Assembly: GCA_963822805.1 (NCBI GenBank)
Contig: CAWGIV010000002.1
Location: forward strand, 43,973 to 107,972
DNA length: 64,000 nt
Direction: 5' to 3'
Source of the DNA: an uncultured Actinomycetota bacterium
GTDB lineage: Bacteria > Actinomycetota > Actinomycetes > Mycobacteriales > Pseudonocardiaceae
Made by a program: the position numbers and the translations under genes. Below, one piece after another: positions 61,461-64,000 of this stretch. Position 1 is the stretch's first letter. Every line of letters begins with the position of its first letter. The notes below the pieces were generated by a model that did not search any database, was not told where the DNA came from, and saw only the letters and a program-made list of their open reading frames with translations.

Positions 61461-61778
61461 GTGCAGGAAGCCAAGCTCCAGATCCAGATGCTGCACGACC
61501 GGGTGATGGTCAAGGCCGACGCGTCGGGCGAACGCCGCAGCGGAGCGGGCATCGTGATTCCGGCCACGGCCGAGGTGGCGAAGCGCCTGTGCTGGGGTGA
61601 GGTGTTCGGCGTCGGGCAGCACGTCCGCATCGTGAAGATCGGCGATCGGGTGCTCTTCGCCCGGGAGGACCAGTACGAGTTCGAGGTGCAGGGCCAGACC
61701 TATCTGGTGCTGCGCGAGCGCGAGCTGCACGCCGTCGCCTCCGAACGCACGGAGCATGGCACCGGCCTCTATCTGTGA
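61461..61778 (+). CDS. GroES-like co-chaperonin paralogue
   Basis: MLHDRVMV, SGAGIVIPATA, GDRVLF; no adjacent groEL. Confidence 0.85.
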   Translation: MQEAKLQIQMLHDRVMVKADASGERRSGAGIVIPATAEVAKRLCWGEVFGVGQHVRIVKIGDRVLFAREDQYEFEVQGQTYLVLRERELHAVASERTEHGTGLYL

Positions 61779-63448
61779 CGCGCCGCCGGGTCATGATTGC
61801 CGCAGGCGGGGTGGTCGCCGCGCTGGCCCTGCTGTACGGGGGCGACCTCGCCCTGTCATCCGACGCGGTCCCGCGGGGTGTCACGGTCGGGGGGGTGCCG
61901 GTGGGCGGGCTCGCCCTCGCCGACGCCGAGCAGACCCTCCGCGCGCAGATCGGGCCCCGCACCACGCGCCCGGTGCCCGTCACCGTCGGCGCCGCCACCA
62001 GCGCCGTCGACCCCGAGACGGCGGGCCTGTCCATCGACTGGACCGCCACGCTCGCGCAGGCGGCGCGCCAACCACTGGACCCGACGCGGCGGATCGCGTC
62101 GTTCTTCACCGCCCGCGAGGTCGGCGTCGTCACGAAATCGGATACGGCCGCGCTGGAGGCCGCGCTCACGCAGCTGAAGCCCGCGGTCGACAAGGCCGCC
62201 GTCGAGGGCGACGTCCGCTTCGACGGCACCACCCCCCAGCCGGTCGAGCCCACCCCCGGGCAGCAGCTCGACGTGCCCGCCGCGGCATCGGCGCTGACGT
62301 GCGAGTGGGCGTCGGGCCGCCCGGTCGCACTGCTGCGCACCCGGATCGCCCCCACCACCACGCACGACGACGTCACCGCGGCCCTGGAAAAGGTCGCCAA
62401 GCCCGCGGTGTCGGCGCCGATCACGACCGCAGGCGAGAACGGCACCAGCGCCACACTGACGCCGCAGAACATCGCCGCCGCGCTCACCTTCCGAGTCGAC
62501 CCGGCGGCGGGCCTCGTGCCCGAGCTCAACCAGGACGCGATCACCGAGGCGCTCCGGCCGCAGCTGGCCGCCTCCGAGACCCCCGGGCGCGACGCCACGC
62601 TCGACGTCACCGGCGGCCGCCTGGTCGTCGTCCCGTCGCAGGACGGTCGCGGCGTTGACTACCCCGCAACCCGGGCGGCCCTCGTCCCGGCGCTCACGGC
62701 ACCGGCACCGCGCGAGGTGGCCGCCGTCTACGCCGACCAGCCCGCGAAGCTCACCACCGAGGACCTGTCCACGCTGGGCATCTCCGGGATCATCGGCGAG
62801 TTCACCACGCGCGGGTTCGCCGCGGACTCCGGCCGGAACATCAAGCGCGCCGCCGAGCAGGTCAACGGCACGATCGTGCACCCGGGCACCACCTTCAGCC
62901 TCAACGCCGCCACCAACCCGCGCGACGCCGGGCACGGCTACGTCGAGGCGGGGATCATCGAGGACGGACATCCGGCCCGCGGTATCGGTGGCGGCGTCTC
63001 ACAGGTCGCCACCACCCTCTTCAACGCGGCCTACTTCGCGGGCATGACCGACGTCGAGCACAAGGAGCACAGCTACTTCATCGGCCGCTACCCGGCGGGG
63101 CGGGAGGCCACGGTGTTCGACGACCTCATCGACCTCAAGTTCCGCAACGACAACCCCACCGCGATCATGATCCAGACGGTGTGGACCCCCGACGCCGTCA
63201 CGGCACGGATCTACGGGACGAAGCGCTACGACGTCACGTCGGCGACCGGGCCGCGCACCGATCCGACCGAACCCCAGACCGTGACCGTCCCCGAGGGAGA
63301 GGAGTGCACGCCGAGCACGGGCGCGCCCGGGTTCACGGTCACCGACACCCGCACGCTGAAAGAGATCAGCACGGGCCAGGTGCGCACCGAGACCCGAACC
63401 GTGCGCTACAAGCCGTCACCGATAGTCGAATGCGGTGACGATCAGTAG
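61775..63448 (+). CDS. VanW-family protein with peptidoglycan-binding-like N-terminal region
   Basis: GGGVSQVATTLFNA, HSYFIGRYPAGREAT, DLKFRN. Confidence 0.88.
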   Translation: MTRRRVMIAAGGVVAALALLYGGDLALSSDAVPRGVTVGGVPVGGLALADAEQTLRAQIGPRTTRPVPVTVGAATSAVDPETAGLSIDWTATLAQAARQPLDPTRRIASFFTAREVGVVTKSDTAALEAALTQLKPAVDKAAVEGDVRFDGTTPQPVEPTPGQQLDVPAAASALTCEWASGRPVALLRTRIAPTTTHDDVTAALEKVAKPAVSAPITTAGENGTSATLTPQNIAAALTFRVDPAAGLVPELNQDAITEALRPQLAASETPGRDATLDVTGGRLVVVPSQDGRGVDYPATRAALVPALTAPAPREVAAVYADQPAKLTTEDLSTLGISGIIGEFTTRGFAADSGRNIKRAAEQVNGTIVHPGTTFSLNAATNPRDAGHGYVEAGIIEDGHPARGIGGGVSQVATTLFNAAYFAGMTDVEHKEHSYFIGRYPAGREATVFDDLIDLKFRNDNPTAIMIQTVWTPDAVTARIYGTKRYDVTSATGPRTDPTEPQTVTVPEGEECTPSTGAPGFTVTDTRTLKEISTGQVRTETRTVRYKPSPIVECGDDQ

Positions 63449-63522
63449 TTCGGGGCTTTCGCGACGCAGGCGGCAGTTCGTACTCTCCCTGGAAGCAACG
63501 GCGATGGGAGCGGGGGCAGAAC

Positions 63523-63948
63523 ATGCGAATCGTGGACGTGCTGCGCGGTAAGGGTTCGTCGGTGGCCACGGTGGACCCGACGGCCACGGTGGCGCAGCTG
63601 GTCGCCGCGCTCGCCGAGCACAACGTCGGCGCACTCCCGGTGCTCGACGCGGGGCGGCTGATCGGCATCGTGTCCGAGCGCGACGTCGTGCGGCGCCTGC
63701 ACCTCGGCGGAGCCGGGCTCCTGCAGCTGCGCGTGGCCGACATCATGTCCACCAGCGTCACCACCTGCGTGCCAACCGACAAGATCGAAGACCTCGCCCG
63801 CATCATGACCGAGCGGCGGTTCCGGCACATGCCGGTGGTCGAGGGCGACACGCTCGTCGGCATCGTGAGCATCGGTGACCTGGTGAAGGCGCGCATCGAC
63901 CTGCTGGAGGCCGAGCGCGAGCAACTGCAGAGCTACATCGCGGGCTGA
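63523..63948 (+). CDS. CBS-domain protein
   Basis: GIVSERDVV, RHMPVV, GIVSIGDLVK. Confidence 0.92.
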   Translation: MRIVDVLRGKGSSVATVDPTATVAQLVAALAEHNVGALPVLDAGRLIGIVSERDVVRRLHLGGAGLLQLRVADIMSTSVTTCVPTDKIEDLARIMTERRFRHMPVVEGDTLVGIVSIGDLVKARIDLLEAEREQLQSYIAG

Positions 63949-64000
63949 GGAGCCCACGCGGCGGCCGCGGCCGCGCTCCGGCCACCTGGCGCCGCCACCT

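Noticed and set aside
61775-63448. VanW as a vancomycin-resistance locus
   Set aside because: No vanHAX or vanRS; VanW-domain proteins are common in actinomycetes.

Overview
A 64-kb window from a very GC-rich actinomycete chromosome (gene content and order suggest Pseudonocardiaceae; this is inference). It is mostly core metabolism: leucine/acyl-CoA catabolism (accD1-accA1-fadE with a TetR and a GTTAA-N6-TTAAC operator), pxpA/pxpBC/DUF1445, pcaIJ-pcaD, trmB, TldD/E, pckG, mctP, an amino-acid ABC importer, 2-oxo-acid dehydrogenase E1a/E1b/E2, GroES-like, VanW and CBS genes. I found no rRNA, tRNA or CRISPR. The strongest accessory signals are five. (1) An IS110-family element (~25958-27709) whose 3' non-coding end folds into a two-lobed bridge-RNA-like structure, with loop segments matching the insertion flanks. 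(2) A 54-aa His/Cys-rich peptide gene followed by a perfect 16-bp hairpin and an ABC exporter. (3) An SF1-helicase-like protein that appears to have lost its catalytic motifs. (4) A Pnkp-like kinase fused to an LLM oxidoreductase, bracketed by inverted 22-bp repeat arrays. (5) A dispersed 67-bp palindromic repeat in four copies. Products were recognised from protein motifs by eye. No database search or folding was run, and several start codons are my own choices.
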